Shown: positions 24,201 to 39,200 of the stretch, piece by piece
How the letters are laid out: every line of letters begins with the position of its first letter
Position numbering within the stretch: position 1 is the first letter of the stretch
NCBI GenBank assembly: GCA_964016885.1
Contig: OZ024744.1
Coordinates: 40,424,001-40,488,000, forward strand
DNA from: Eledone cirrhosa
Lineage: Eukaryota
Reading direction: 5' to 3'
DNA length: 64,000 nt
Made by a program: the position numbers and the translations under genes
The notes under the pieces: model-generated
Databases searched by the model: none
Told to the model about the DNA's origin: nothing
Seen by the model: the letters and a program-made list of their open reading frames with translations, nothing else

Positions 24201-27200
24201 GTCTAGCTTGACTCAAGGTAATGGTAGTTTCCATCAACCCAGCTTTATTTACAAAGCCTAGCTTGACCCAAGGTAATGGTAATTTCCATCAACCCAGCTT
24301 TATTTACAAAGCCTAGCTTGACCCAAGGTAATGGTAGTTTCCATCAACCCAGCTTTATTTACAAAGAATAGCTTGACCCAAGGTAATGGTAGTTTCCATC
24401 AACCCAGCTTTATTTACAAAGCCTAGCTTGACCCAAAGGAATGGTAGTTTCCATCAACCCAGCTTTATTTACAAAGCCTAGCTTGACCCAAGGTAATGGT
24501 AGTTTCCATCAACCCAGCTTTATTTACAAAGCCTAGCTTAATTCAAGGTAATGGTAGTTTCCATCAACCCAGCTTTATATACAATGCCTAGCTTGACTCA
24601 AGATAATGGTAGTTTCCATCAACCCAGCTTTATTTACAAAGCCTAGCTTGACTCAAGGTAATGGTAGTTTCCATCAACCCAGCTTTATTTACAAAGCCTA
24701 GCTTGACTCAAGGTAATGGTAGTTTCCATAAACCAAGTTTTATTTACAATGTCTAGCTTGACTCAAGGTAATAGTAATTTCCATCAACCAAGTTTTATTT
24801 ACAAAGCCTAGCTTGACTCAATGTAAGGATAGGTTCCATCAACCCAGCTTTATTTACAAAGCCTAGCTTGACTCCAGGTAATGGTAGTTTCCATCAACGT
24901 AGCTTTATTTACAAAGCCTAGCTTGTCTCAAAGTAATGGTAGTTTCCATCAACCCAGCTTTATTTACAAATACTAGCTTGACTCAAGGTAATGGTAGTTT
25001 TATCAACCAAGTTTTATTTACAATGTCTAGCTTGACTCAAGATAATGGTAGTTTCCATCAACCCAGCTTTATTTACAAAGCCTAGCTTGACCCAAGGTAA
25101 TGGTAGTTTCGATCAACCCAGCTTTATATACAAAGCCTAGCTTGACCCGAGGTAATGGTAGTTTCCATCAACCCAGCTTTATTTACAAAGCCTAGCTTGA
25201 CCCGAGGTAATGATAGTTTCCATCAACCAAGTTTTATTTACAATGTCTAGCTTGACTCAAGATAATGGTAGTTTCCATCAACCCAACTTTATTTACAAAG
25301 CCTAGCTTGACCCAAGGTAATGGTAGTTTCAATCAACCCAGGTTTATTTACAAAGCCTAGCTTGACCCAAGGTAATGGTAGTTTCCATCAACCCAGCTTT
25401 ATTTACAAAGCCTAACTTGATCCAAGGTAATGGTAGTTTCCATCAACACAGCTTTATTTCCAAAGCCTAGCTTGACCCAAGGTAATGGTAGTTTCTATCA
25501 CCCCAGCTTTATTTACAATGCCTAGCATGACCCAAGGTAATGGTAATTTCCATCAACCCAGCTTTATTTACAAAGCCTAGCTTGACCCAAGGTAATGGTA
25601 GTTTCCATCAACCCAGCTTTATTTACAAAGCCTAACTTGACCCGAGGTAATGATAGTTTCCATCAACCCAGCTTTATTTACAAAGTCTAGCTTGACTCAA
25701 GGTAATGGTAGTTTCCATCAACCCAGCTTTATTTACAAAGCCTAGCTTGACCCAAGGTAATGGTAATTTCCATCAACCCAGCTTTATTTACAAAGCCTAG
25801 CTTGACCCAAGGTAATGGTAGTTTCCATCAACCCAGCTTTATTTACAAAGAATAGCTTGACCCAAGGTAATGGTAGTTTCCATCAACCCAGCTTTATTTA
25901 CAAAGCCTAGCTTGAACCAAGGTAATGGTAGTTTCCATCAACCCAGCTTTATTTAGAAAGCCTAGCTTGACTCAAGGTAATGGTAGTTTCCATCAACCCA
26001 GCTTTATTTACAAAGCCTAGCTTGACTCAAGGTAATGGTAGTTTACATCAACCCAGCTTTAGTTACGATGCCTAGCTTGACCGAAGGTAATGGTAGTTTC
26101 CATCTAACCAGCTGTATTTACAAAGTCTAGCTTGACTCAAGGTAATAGTAGTTTCCATCAACCCTGCTTTATTTACAGAGCCTAGCTTGACTCAAGGTAA
26201 TGGTAGTTTCCATCAACCCAGCTTTATTTACAAAGCCTAGCTTGACTCAAGGTAATGGTAGTTTCCATCAACCCTGCTTTATTTACAAAGCCTAGCTTGA
26301 CCCAAGGTAATGGTAGTTACCATCAACCGTGCTTTATTTACAAAGCCTACCTTGACTCAAGGTAATGGTAGTTTACATCAACCCAGCTTTATTTACGATG
26401 CCTAGCTTGACTCAAGTTAATGGTAGTTTCCATCAACCCAGCTTTATTTACAAAGCCTAGCTTGACCCAAGGTAATGGTAGTTTCGATCAACCCAGCTTT
26501 ATTTACAAAGCCTAGCTTGAACCAAGGTAATGGTAGTTTCCATCAACCCAGCTTTATTTACAAAGCCTAGCTTGACTCAAGGTAATGGTAGTTTCATCAA
26601 CCAAGTTTTATTTACAATGTCTAGCTTGACTCAAGATAATGGTAGTTTCCATCAACCCAGCTTTATTTACAAAGCCTAGCTTGACTCAAGGTAATGGTAG
26701 TTTCGATCAACCCAGCTTTATATCCAAAGCCTAGCTTGACCCGAGGTAATGATAGTTTCCATCAACCCAGCTTTATTTACAAAGCCTAGCTTGACCCGAG
26801 GTAATGATAGTTTCCATCAACCAAGTTTTATTTACAATGTCTAGCTTGACTCAAGATAATGGTAGTTTCCATCAACCCAGCTTTATTTACAAAGCCTAGC
26901 TTGACCCAAGGTAATGGTAGTTTCAATCAACCCAGGTTTATTTACAAAGCCTAGCATGACCCAAGGTAATGGTAGTTTCCATCAACCCAGCTTTATTTAC
27001 AAAGCCTAGCTTAACTCAAGGTAATGGTAGTTTCTATCACCCCAGCTTTATTTACAATGCCTAGCATGACCCAAGGTAATGGTAATTTCCATAAACCCAG
27101 CTTTATTTACAAAGCCTAGCTTGACCCAAGGTAATGGTAGTTTCCATCAACCCAGCTTTATTTACAAAGCCTAGCTTGAACCAAGGTAATGGTAGTTTCC

Positions 27201-30200
27201 ATCAACCCAGCTTTATTTACAAAGCCTAGCTTGACTCAAGGTAATGGTAGTTTCCATGAACCCAGCTTTATTTACAAAGCCTAGCTTGACTCAAGGTAAT
27301 GGTAGTTTCCATGAACCCAGCTTTATTTACAAAGCCTAGCTTGAGCGAGGTAATGGTAGTTTCCATCAACCCAGCTTTATTTACAAAGCCTAGTTTGACT
27401 CAAGGTAATGGTAGTTTCCATCAACCCAGCTTTATTTACAAAGCCTAGCTTGACCCGAGGTAATGATAGTTTCCATCAACCAAGTTTTATTTACAATGTC
27501 TAGCTTGACTCAAGATAATGGTAGTTTCCATCAACCCAGCTTTATTTACAAAGCCTAGCTTGACCCAAGGTAATGGTAGTTTCCATCAACCCAGCTTTAT
27601 TTACAAAGCCTAGCATGACCCAAGGTAATGGTAGTTTCCATCAACCCAGCTTTATTTACAAAGCCTAGTTTGACTCAAGGTAATGGTAGTTTACATCAAC
27701 CCAGCTTTATTTACAAAGCCTAGCTTGACCCGAGGTAATGGTAGTTTCCATCAACCCAGGTTTATTTACAAAGCCTAGCATGACCCAAGGTAATGGTAGT
27801 TTCCATCAACCCAGCTTTATTTACAAAGCCTAGTTTGACCCAAGGTAATGGTAATTTCCATCAACCCAGCTTTATTTACAAAGCCTAGCTTGACCCAAGG
27901 TAATGGTAGTTTCCATCAACCCAGCTTTATTTACAAAGCCTAGTTTGACCCAAGGTAATGGTAATTTCCATCAACCCAGCTTTATTTACAAAGCCTAGCT
28001 TGACTCAAGGTAATGATAGTTTCCATCAACCAAGTTTTATTTACAATGTCTAGCTTGACTCAAGATAATGGTAGTTTCCATCAACCCAGCTTTATTTACA
28101 AAGCCTAGCTTGACTAAAGGTAATGGTAGTTTCCATCAACCCAGGTTTATTTACAAAGCCTAGCATGACCCAAGGTAATGGTAGTTTCCATCAACCCAGC
28201 TTTATTTACAAAGCCTAGTTTGACCCAAGGTAATGGTAATTTCCATCAACCCAGCTTTATTTACAAAGCCTAGCTTGACCCAAGGTAATGGTAGTTTCCA
28301 TCAACCCAGCTTTATTTACAAAGAATAGCTTGAACCAAGGTAATGGTAGTTTCCATCAACCCAGCTTTATTTACAAAGCCTAGCTTGACTCAAGGTAATG
28401 GTAGATTCCATCAACCCAACTTTATTTACAAAGCCTAGCTTGACCCAAGGTAATGGTAGTTTCCATCAACCCAGCTTTATTTACAAAGCCTAGCTTGACT
28501 CAAGGTAATGGTAGTTTCCATCAACCCAGCTTTATTTACAAAGCCTAGCTTGACCCAAGGTAATGGTAGTTTCCATCAACCCAGCTTTATTTACAAAGCC
28601 TAGCTTGACTCAAGGTAATGGTAGTTTCCATCAACCCAGCTTTATTTACAAAGACTAGCTTGACTCAAGGTAATGGTAGTTTCAATCAACCCAGCTTTAT
28701 TTACAAAGCCTTGCTTGACCCAAGGTAATGGTAGTTTCCATCAACCCAGCTTTATTTACAAATCCTAGTTTGACTCAAGGTAATGGTAGTTTCCATCAGC
28801 CTAGCTTTATTTACAAAGTCTGGCTTGTCTCAAGGTAATGGTAGTTTCTATCAACCCAGCCTTATTTACAATGCCTAGCTTGACCCAAGGTAATGGTAGT
28901 TTCCATCAATCCAGCTTTATTTACAAAGCCTACCTTGACCCAAGGTAATGGTAGTTTCCATCAACTGAGCTTTATTTAAAAAGCCTAGTGTGACTCAAGG
29001 TAATGATAGTTTCCATCAACCCAGCTTTATTTACAAAGCCTAGCTTGAACCAAGGTAATGGTAGTTTCCATCAACCCAGCTTTATTTACAAAGCCTAGCT
29101 TGACCCAAGGTAATGGTAGTTTCCATCAACGCAGCTTTATTTACAAAGCCTAGCTTGACTCAACGTAATGGTAGTTTCCATCAACCCAGCTTTATTTACA
29201 AAGCCTAGCTTGACCCAAGGTAATGGTAGTTTCCATCAACCCAGCTTTATTTACAAAGCCTAGCTTGACTCAAGGTAATGGTAGTTTCCATCAACCCAGC
29301 TTTATTTACAAAGACTAGCTTGACACAAGGTAATGGTAGTTTCCATCAACCCAGCTTTATTTACAAAGCCTATCGTGACTCAAGGTAATGGTAGTTTCCA
29401 TCAACCCAGCTTTATTTACAAAGCCTAGCTTGACTCAAGGTAATGGTAGTTTCCATCAACTGAGCTTTATTTAAAAAGCCTAGTGTGACTCAAGGTAATG
29501 ATAGTTTCCATCAGCCCAGCTTTATTTGTAAAGCCCTGCTTGACTCAAGGTAATGGTAGTTTCCATCAACCCAGCTTTATTTGTAAGGCCCTGCTTGACT
29601 CAAGGTAATGGTAGTTTCCATCAACCCAGCTTTATTTACAAAGCCTAGCTTGAATCAAGGTAATGGTATTTTCCTTCAACCCAGCTTTATTTACAAAGTC
29701 TAGCTTGTCTCAAGGTAATGGTAGTTTCCATCAACCCAGCTTTATTTACAAAGCCTAGCTTGACCCAAGGTAATGGTAGTTACCATCAACCGTGCTTTAT
29801 TTACAAAGCCTACCTTGACTCAAGGTAATGGTAGTTTACATCAACCCAGCTTTAGTTACGATGCCTAGCTTGACCGAAGGTAATGGTAGTTTCCATCTAA
29901 CCAGCTGTATTTACAAAGTCTAGCTTGACTCAAGGTAATAGTAGTTTCCATCAACCCTGCTTTATTTACAGAGCCTAGCTTGACTCAAGGTAATGGTAGT
30001 TTCCATCAACCCAGCTTTATTTACAAAGCCTAGCTTGACTCAAGGTAATGGTAGTTTCCATCAACCCTGCTTTATTTACAAAGCCTAGCTTGACCCAAGG
30101 TAATGGTAGTTACCATCAACCGTGCTTTATTTACAAAGCCTACCTTGACTCAAGGTAATGGTAGTTTACATCAACCCAGCTTTATTTACGATGCCTAGCT

Positions 30201-33200
30201 TGACTCAAGGTAATGGTAGTTTCCATCAACCCAGCTTTATTTACAAAGCCTAGCTTGAACCAATTTAATGGTAGTTTCCATCAACCCAGCTTTATTTACA
30301 AAGCCTAGCTTGACTCAAGGTAATGGTAGTTTCCATCAACCCAGCTTTATTTACAAAGCCTAGCTTGACCCAAGGGAATGGTAGTTTCGATCAACCCAGC
30401 TTTATATACAAAGCCTAGCTTGACCCGAGGTAATGGTAGTTTCCATCAACCCAGCTTTATTTACAAAGCCTAGCTTGACCCGAGGTAATGATAGTTTCCA
30501 TCAACCAAGTTTTATTTACAATGTCTAGCTTGACTCAAGATAATGGTAGTTTCCATCAACCCAGCTTTATTTACAAAGCCTAGCTTGACCCAAGGTAATG
30601 GTAGTTTCAATCAACCCAGGTTTATTTACAAAGCCTAGCATGACCCAAGGTAATGGCAGTTTCCATCAACCCAGCTTTATTTACAAAGCCTAGCTTGACT
30701 CAAGGTAATGGTAGTTTCTATCACCCCAGCTTTATTTACAAAGCCTAGCATGACCCAAGGTAATGGTAATTTCCATCAACCCAGCTTTATTTACAAAGCC
30801 TAGCTTGACCCAAGGTAATGGTAGTTTCCATCAACCCAGCTTTATTTACAAAGCCTATCTTGAACCAAGGTAATGGTAGTTTCCATCAACCCAGCTTTAT
30901 TTACAAAGCCTAGCTTGACTCAAGGTAATGGTAGTTTCCATGAACCCAGCTTTATTTACAAAGCCTAGCTTGAGCGAGGTAATGGTAGTTTCCATCAACC
31001 CAGCTTTATTTACAAAGCCTAGCTTGACCCGAGGTAATGATAGTTTCCATCAACCAAGTTTTATTTACAATGTCTAGCTTGACTCAAGATAATGGTAGTT
31101 TCCATCAACTGAGCATTATTTAAAAAGCCTAGTGTGACTCAAGGTAATGATAGTTTCCATCAACCCAGCTTTATTTACAAAGCCTAGCTTGAACCAAGGT
31201 AATGATAGTTTCCATCAACCCAGCTTTATTTACAAAGCCTAGCTTGACCCAAGGTAATGGTAGTTTCCATCAACGCAGCTTTATTTACAAAGCCTAGCTT
31301 GACTCAAGGTAATGGTAGTTTCCATCAACCCAGCTTTATTTACAAAGCCTAGCTTGACCCAAGGTAATGGTAGTTTCCATCAACCCAGCTTTATTTACAA
31401 AGCCTAGCTTGACTCAAGGTAATGGTAGTTTCCATCAACCCAGCTTTATTTACAAAGACTAGCTTGACACAAGGTAATGGTAGTTTCCATCAACCCAGCT
31501 TTATTTACAAAGCCTATCGTGACTCAAGGTAATGGTAGTTTCCATCAACCCAGCTTTATTTACAAAGCCTAGCTTGACTCAAGGTAATGGTAGTTTCCAT
31601 CAGCCCAGCTTTATTTACAATGTCTTGCTTGTCTGAAGGTAATGGTAGTTTCCATCAACCCAGCTTTATTTACAAAGCCTAGCTTGACTCAAGGTAATGG
31701 TAGTTTCCATCAGCCTAGCTTTATTTACAAAGTCTGGCTTGTCTCAAGGTAATGGTAGTTTCTATCAACCCAGCCTTATTTACAATGCCTAGCTTGACCC
31801 AAGGTAATGGTAGTTTCCATCAATCCAGCTTTATTTACAAAGCCTACCTTGACCCAAAGTAATGGTAGTTTCCATCAACTGAGCTTTATTTAAAAAGCCT
31901 AGTGTGACTCAAGGTAATGATAGTTTCCATCAACCCAGCTTTATTTGTAAAGCCCTGCTTGACTCAAGGTAATGGTAGTTTCCATCAACCCAGCTTTATT
32001 TGTAAGGCCCTGCTTGACTCAAGGTAATGGTAGTTTCCATCAACCCAGCTTTATTTACAAAGCCTAGCTTGAATCAAGGTAATGGTATTTTCCTTCAACC
32101 CAGCTTTATTTACAAAGTCTAGCTTGTCTCAAGGTAATGGTAGTTTCCATCAACCCAGCTTTATTTACAAAGCCTAGCTTGACCCAAGGTAATGGTAGTT
32201 ACCATCAACCGTGCTTTATTTACAAAGACTACCTTGACTCAAGGTAATGGTAGTTTCCATCTAACCAGCTGTATTTACAAAGTCTAGCTTGACTCAAGGT
32301 AATAGTAGTTTCCATCAACCCTGCTTTATTTACAGAGCCTAGCTTGACTCAAGGTAATGGTAGTTTCCATCAACCCAGCTTTATTTAGAAAGCCTAGCTT
32401 GACCCAAGGTAATGGTAGTTTCCATCAACCCAGCTTTATTTACAAAGCCTAGCTTGACTCAAGGGAATGGTAGTTTACATCAACCCAGCTTTATTTACGA
32501 TGCCTAGCTTGACTCAAGGTAATGGTAGTTTCCATCAACCCAGCTTTATTTACAAAGCCTAGCTTGACTCAAGGTAATGGTAGTTTCCATCAACCCAGCT
32601 TTATTTACAAAGACTAGCTTGACCCAAGGTAATGGTAGTTTCCATCAACCCAGCTTTATTTACAAAGCCTAGCTTGACTCAAGGTAATGGTAGTTTCCAT
32701 CAACCCAGCTTTATTTACAAAGACTAGCTTGACCCAAGTTAATGGTAGTTTCCATCAACCCAGCTTTATTTACAAAGCCTAGCTTGACTCAAGGTAATGG
32801 TAGTTTCCATCAACCCAGATTTATTTACAAAGACTAGCTTGACCCAAGGTAATGGTAGTTTCCATCAACCCAGCTTTATTTACAAAGCCTAGCTTGACCC
32901 AAGGTAATGGTAGTTTCCATCAACCCAGCTTTATTTACAAAGCCTAGCTTGACCCAAGGTAATGGTAGTTTCCATCAACGCAGCTTTATTTACAAAGCCT
33001 AGCTTGACTCAAGGTAATGGTAGTTTCCATCAACCCAGCTTTATTTACAAAGCCTAGCTTGACTCAAGGTAATGGTAGTTTCCATCAACCCAGCTTTATT
33101 TACAAAGACTAGCTTGACCCAAGGTAATGGTAGTTTCCATCAACCCAGCTTTATTTACAAAGCCTAGCTTGACTCAAGGTAATGGTAGTTTCCATCAACC

Positions 33201-36200
33201 CAGCTTTATTTACAAAGACTAGCTTGACCCAAGTTAATGGTAGTTTCCATCAACCCAGCTTTATTTACAAAGCCTAGCTTGACTCAAGGTAATGGTAGTT
33301 TCCATCAACCCAGCTTTATTTACAAAGACTAGCTTGACCCAAGGTAATGGTAGTTTCCATCAACCCAGCTTTATTTACAAAGCCTAGCTTGACACAAGGT
33401 AATGGCATTTTCCATCAACCCAGCTTTATTTACAAAGCCTATCGTGACTCAAGGTAATGGTAGTTTCCATCAACCCAGCTTTATTTACAAAGCCTAGCTT
33501 GACTCAAGGTAATGGTAGTTTCCATCAGCCCAGCTTTATTTACAAAGTCTAGCTTGTCTGAAGGTAATGGTAGTTTCCATCAACCCAGCTTTATTTACAA
33601 AGCCTAGCTTGACTCAAGGTAATGGTAGTTTCCATCAATCCAGCTTTATTTACAAAGCCTAGCTTGACCCAAGGTAATGGTAGTTTCCATCAACTGAGCT
33701 TTATTTAAAAAGACTAGTGTGACTCAATGTAATGATAGTTTCCATCAACCCAGCTTTATTTACAAAGCATAGCTTGACCCAAGATAATGGTAGTTTCCAT
33801 CAACCCAGCTTTATTTGCAAAGCCCTGCTTGACTCAAGGTAATGGTAGTTTGCATCAACCCAGCTTTATTTACAAAGCCTAGCTTGACCCAAAGGAATGG
33901 TAGTTTCCATCAACCCAGCTTTATTTACAAAGCCTAGCTTGACTCAAGGTAATGGTAGTTTCCATCAATCCAGCTTTATTTACAAAGCCTAGCTTGACTC
34001 AAGTTAATGGTAGTTTCCATCAACCCAGCTTATTTACAAAGCCTAGCTTGACCCAAGGTAATGGTAGTTTCCATCAACCCAGCTTTATTTACAAAGCCTA
34101 GCTTGACTCAAGATAATGGTAGTTTCCATCAACCGAGCTTTATTTACAAAGCCTAGCTTGACTCAAGGTAATGGTAGTTTCCATCAACCCAGCTTTATTT
34201 ACAAAGCCTAGCTTCACCGAAGGTGATGGTAGTTTCCATCAACCCAGCATTATTTACAAAGCCTAGCTTGACTCAAAGTAATCGTAGTTTCCATCAACCC
34301 AGCTTTATTTACAAAGCCTAGCTTGACTCAAGGTAATGGTAGTTTCCATCAACCCAGCTTTATTTACAAAGCCTAGCTTGTCTCAAGGTAATGGTAGTTT
34401 CCATCAACCCAGCTTTATTTACAAAGTCTAGCTTGACTCAAGGTAATGGTAGTTTCCATCAACCAAGTTTTATTTACAATGTCTAGCTTGACTCAAGGTA
34501 ATGGTAGTTTCCATCAACCCAGCTTTATTTACAAAGCCTAGCTTGACTCAAGGTAATGGTAGTTTCCATCAACCCAGCTTTATTTACAAAGCCTAGCTTG
34601 ACCCAAAGGAATGGTAGTTTCCATCAACCCAGCTTTATTTACAAAGCCTAGCTTGACCCAAGGTAATGGTAGTTTCCATCAACCCAGCTTTATTTACAAA
34701 GCCTAGCTTAATTCAAGGTAATGGTAGTTTCCATCAACCCAGCTTTATTTACAATGCCTAGCTTGACTCAAGATAATGGTAGTTTCCATCAACCCAGCTT
34801 TATTTACAAAGCCTAGCTTGACTCAAGGTAATGGTAGTTTCCATCAACCCAGCTTTATTTACAAAGCCTAGCTTGACTCAAGATAATGGTAGTTTCCATA
34901 AACCAAGTTTTATTTACAATGTCTAGCTTGACTCAAGGTAATAGTAATTTCCATCAACCAAGTTTTATTTACAAAGCCTAGCTTGACTCAATGTAAGGAT
35001 AGGTTCCATCAACCCAGCTTTATTTACAAAGCCTAGCTTGACCCAAGGTAATGGTAATTTCCATCAACCCAGCTTTATTTACAAAGCCTAGCTTGAACCA
35101 AGGTAATGGTAGTTTCCATCAACCCAGCTTTATTTACAAAGCCTAGCTTGACCCAAGGTAATGGTAGTTTCCATGAACCCAGCTTTATTTACAAAGCCTA
35201 GCTTGAGCGAGGTAATGGTAGTTTCCATCAACCCAGCTTTATTTACAAAGCCTAGCTTGAACCAAGGTAATGGTAGTTTCCATCAACCTAGCTTTATTTA
35301 CAAAGCCTAGCTTGACCCAAGGTAATGGTAGTTTCCATCAACCCAGCTTTATTTACAAAGCCTAACTTGACCCGAGGTAATGATAGTTTCCATCAACCCA
35401 GCTTTATTTACAAAGTCTAGCTTGACTCAAGGTAATGGTAGTTTCCATCAACCCAGCTTTATTTACAAAGCCTAGCTTGACCCAAGGTAATGGTAATTTC
35501 CATCAACCCAGCTTTATTTACAAAGCCTAGCTTGACCCAAGGTAATGGTAGTTTCCATCAACCCAGCTTTATTTACAAAGAATAGCTTGACCCAAGGTAA
35601 TGGTAGTTTCCATCAACCCAGCTTTATTTACAAAGCCTAGCTTGACCCAAAGGAATGGTAGTTTCCATCAACCCAGCTTTATTTACAAAGCCTAGCTTGA
35701 CCCAAGGTAATGGTAGTTTCCATCAACCCAGCTTTATTTACAAAGCCTAGCTTAATTCAAGGTAATGGTAGTTTCCATCAACCCAGCTTTATATACAATG
35801 CCTAGCTTGACTCAAGATAATGGTAGTTTCCATCAACCCAGCTTTATTTACAAAGCCTAGCTTGACTCAAGGTAATGGTAGTTTCCATCAACCCAGCTTT
35901 ATTTACAAAGCCTAGCTTGACTCAAGGTAATGGTAGTTTCCATAAACCAAGTTTTATTTACAATGTCTAGCTTGACTCAAGGTAATAGTAATTTCCATCA
36001 ACCAAGTTTTATTTACAAAGCCTAGCTTGACTCAATGTAAGGATAGGTTCCATCAACCCAGCTTTATTTACAAAGCCTAGCTTGACTCCAGGTAATGGTA
36101 GTTTCCATCAACGTAGCTTTATTTACAAAGCCTAGCTTGTCTCAAAGTAATGGTAGTTTCCATCAACCCAGCTTTATTTACAAATACTAGCTTGACTCAA

Positions 36201-39200
36201 GGTAATGGTAGTTTTATCAACCAAGTTTTATTTACAATGTCTAGCTTGACTCAAGATAATGGTAGTTTCCATCAACCCAGCTTTATTTACAAAGCCTAGC
36301 TTGACCCAAGGTAATGGTAGTTTCGATCAACCCAGCTTTATATACAAAGCCTAGCTTGACCCGAGGTAATGGTAGTTTCCATCAACCCAGCTTTATTTAC
36401 AAAGCCTAGCTTGACCCGAGGTAATGATAGTTTCCATCAACCAAGTTTTATTTACAATGTCTAGCTTGACTCAAGATAATGGTAGTTTCCATCAACCCAA
36501 CTTTATTTACAAAGCCTAGCTTGACCCAAGGTAATGGTAGTTTCAATCAACCCAGGTTTATTTACAAAGCCTAGCTTGACCCAAGGTAATGGTAGTTTCC
36601 ATCAACCCAGCTTTATTTACAAAGCCTAACTTGATCCAAGGTAATGGTAGTTTCCATCAACACAGCTTTATTTCCAAAGCCTAGCTTGACCCAAGGTAAT
36701 GGTAGTTTCTATCACCCCAGCTTTATTTACAATGCCTAGCATGACCCAAGGTAATGGTAATTTCCATCAACCCAGCTTTATTTACAAAGCCTAGCTTGAC
36801 CCAAGGTAATGGTAGTTTCCATCAACCCAGCTTTATTTACAAAGCCTAACTTGACCCGAGGTAATGATAGTTTCCATCAACCCAGCTTTATTTACAAAGT
36901 CTAGCTTGACTCAAGGTAATGGTAGTTTCCATCAACCCAGCTTTATTTACAAAGCCTAGCTTGACCCAAGGTAATGGTAATTTCCATCAACCCAGCTTTA
37001 TTTACAAAGCCTAGCTTGACCCAAGGTAATGGTAGTTTCCATCAACCCAGCTTTATTTACAAAGAATAGCTTGACCCAAGGTAATGGTAGTTTCCATCAA
37101 CCCAGCTTTATTTACAAAGCCTAGCTTGAACCAAGGTAATGGTAGTTTCCATCAACCCAGCTTTATTTAGAAAGCCTAGCTTGACTCAAGGTAATGGTAG
37201 TTTCCATCAACCCAGCTTTATTTACAAAGCCTAGCTTGACTCAAGGTAATGGTAGTTTACATCAACCCAGCTTTAGTTACGATGCCTAGCTTGACCGAAG
37301 GTAATGGTAGTTTCCATCTAACCAGCTGTATTTACAAAGTCTAGCTTGACTCAAGGTAATAGTAGTTTCCATCAACCCTGCTTTATTTACAGAGCCTAGC
37401 TTGACTCAAGGTAATGGTAGTTTCCATCAACCCAGCTTTATTTACAAAGCCTAGCTTGACTCAAGGTAATGTTAGTTTCCATCAACCCTGCTTTATTTAC
37501 AAAGCCTAGCTTGACCCAAGGTAATGGTAGTTACCATCAACCGTGCTTTATTTACAAAGCCTACCTTGACTCAAGGTAATGGTAGTTTACATCAACCCAG
37601 CTTTATTTACGATGCCTAGCTTGACTCAAGTTAATGGTAGTTTCCATCAACCCAGCTTTATTTACAAAGCCTAGCTTGACCCAAGGTAATGGTAGTTTCG
37701 ATCAACCCAGCTTTATTTACAAAGCCTAGCTTGAACCAAGGTAATGGTAGTTTCCATCAACCCAGCTTTATTTACAAAGCCTAGCTTGACTCAAGGTAAT
37801 GGTAGTTTCATCAACCAAGTTTTATTTACAATGTCTAGCTTGACTCAAGATAATGGTAGTTTCCATCAACCCAGCTTTATTTACAAAGCCTAGCTTGACT
37901 CAAGGTAATGGTAGTTTCGATCAACCCAGCTTTATATACAAAGCCTAGCTTGACCCGAGGTAATGATAGTTTCCATCAACCCAGCTTTATTTACAAAGCC
38001 TAGCTTGACCCGAGGTAATGATAGTTTCCATCAACCAAGTTTTATTTACAATGTCTAGCTTGACTCAAGATAATGGTAGTTTCCATCAACCCAGCTTTAT
38101 TTACAAAGCCTAGCTTGACCCAAGGTAATGGCAGTTTCAATCAACCCAGGTTTATTTACAAAGCCTAGCATGACCCAAGGTAATGGTAGTTTCCATCAAC
38201 CCAGCTTTATTTACAAAGCCTAGCTTAACTCAAGGTAATGGTAGTTTCTATCACCCCAGCTTTATTTACAATGCCTAGCATGACCCAAGGTAATGGTAAT
38301 TTCCATAAACCCAGCTTTATTTACAAAGCCTAGCTTGACCCAAGGTAATGGTAGTTTCCATCAACCCAGCTTTATTTACAAAGCCTAGCTTGAACCAAGG
38401 TAATGGTAGTTTCCATCAACCCAGCTTTATTTACAAAGCCTAGCTTGACTCAAGGTAATGGTAGTTTCCATGAACCCAGCTTTATTTACAAAGCCTAGCT
38501 TGACTCAAGGTAATGGTAGTTTCCATGAACCCAGCTTTATTTACAAAGCCTAGCTTGAGCGAGGTAATGGTAGTTTCCATCAACCCAGCTTTATTTACAA
38601 AGCCTAGTTTGACTCAAGGTAATGGTAGTTTCCATCAACCCAGCTTTATTTACAAAGCCTAGCTTGACCCGAGGTAATGATAGTTTCCATCAACCAAGTT
38701 TTATTTACAATGTCTAGCTTGACTCAAGATAATGGTAGTTTCCATCAACCCAGCTTTATTTACAAAGCCTAGCTTGACCCAAGGTAATGGTAGTTTCCAT
38801 CAACCCAGCTTTATTTACAAAGCCTAGCATGACCCAAGGTAATGGTAGTTTCCATCAACCCAGCTTTATTTACAAAGCCTAGTTTGACTCAAGGTAATGG
38901 TAGTTTACATCAACCCAGCTTTATTTACAAAGCCTAGCTTGACCCGAGGTAATGGTAGTTTCCATCAACCCAGGTTTATTTACAAAGCCTAGCATGACCC
39001 AAGGTAATGGTAGTTTCCATCAACCCAGCTTTATTTACAAAGCCTAGTTTGACCCAAGGTAATGGTAATTTCCATCAACCCAGCTTTATTTACAAAGCCT
39101 AGCTTGACCCAAGGTAATGGTAGTTTCCATCAACCCAGCTTTATTTACAAAGCCTAGTTTGACCCAAGGTAATGGTAATTTCCATCAACCCAGCTTTATT

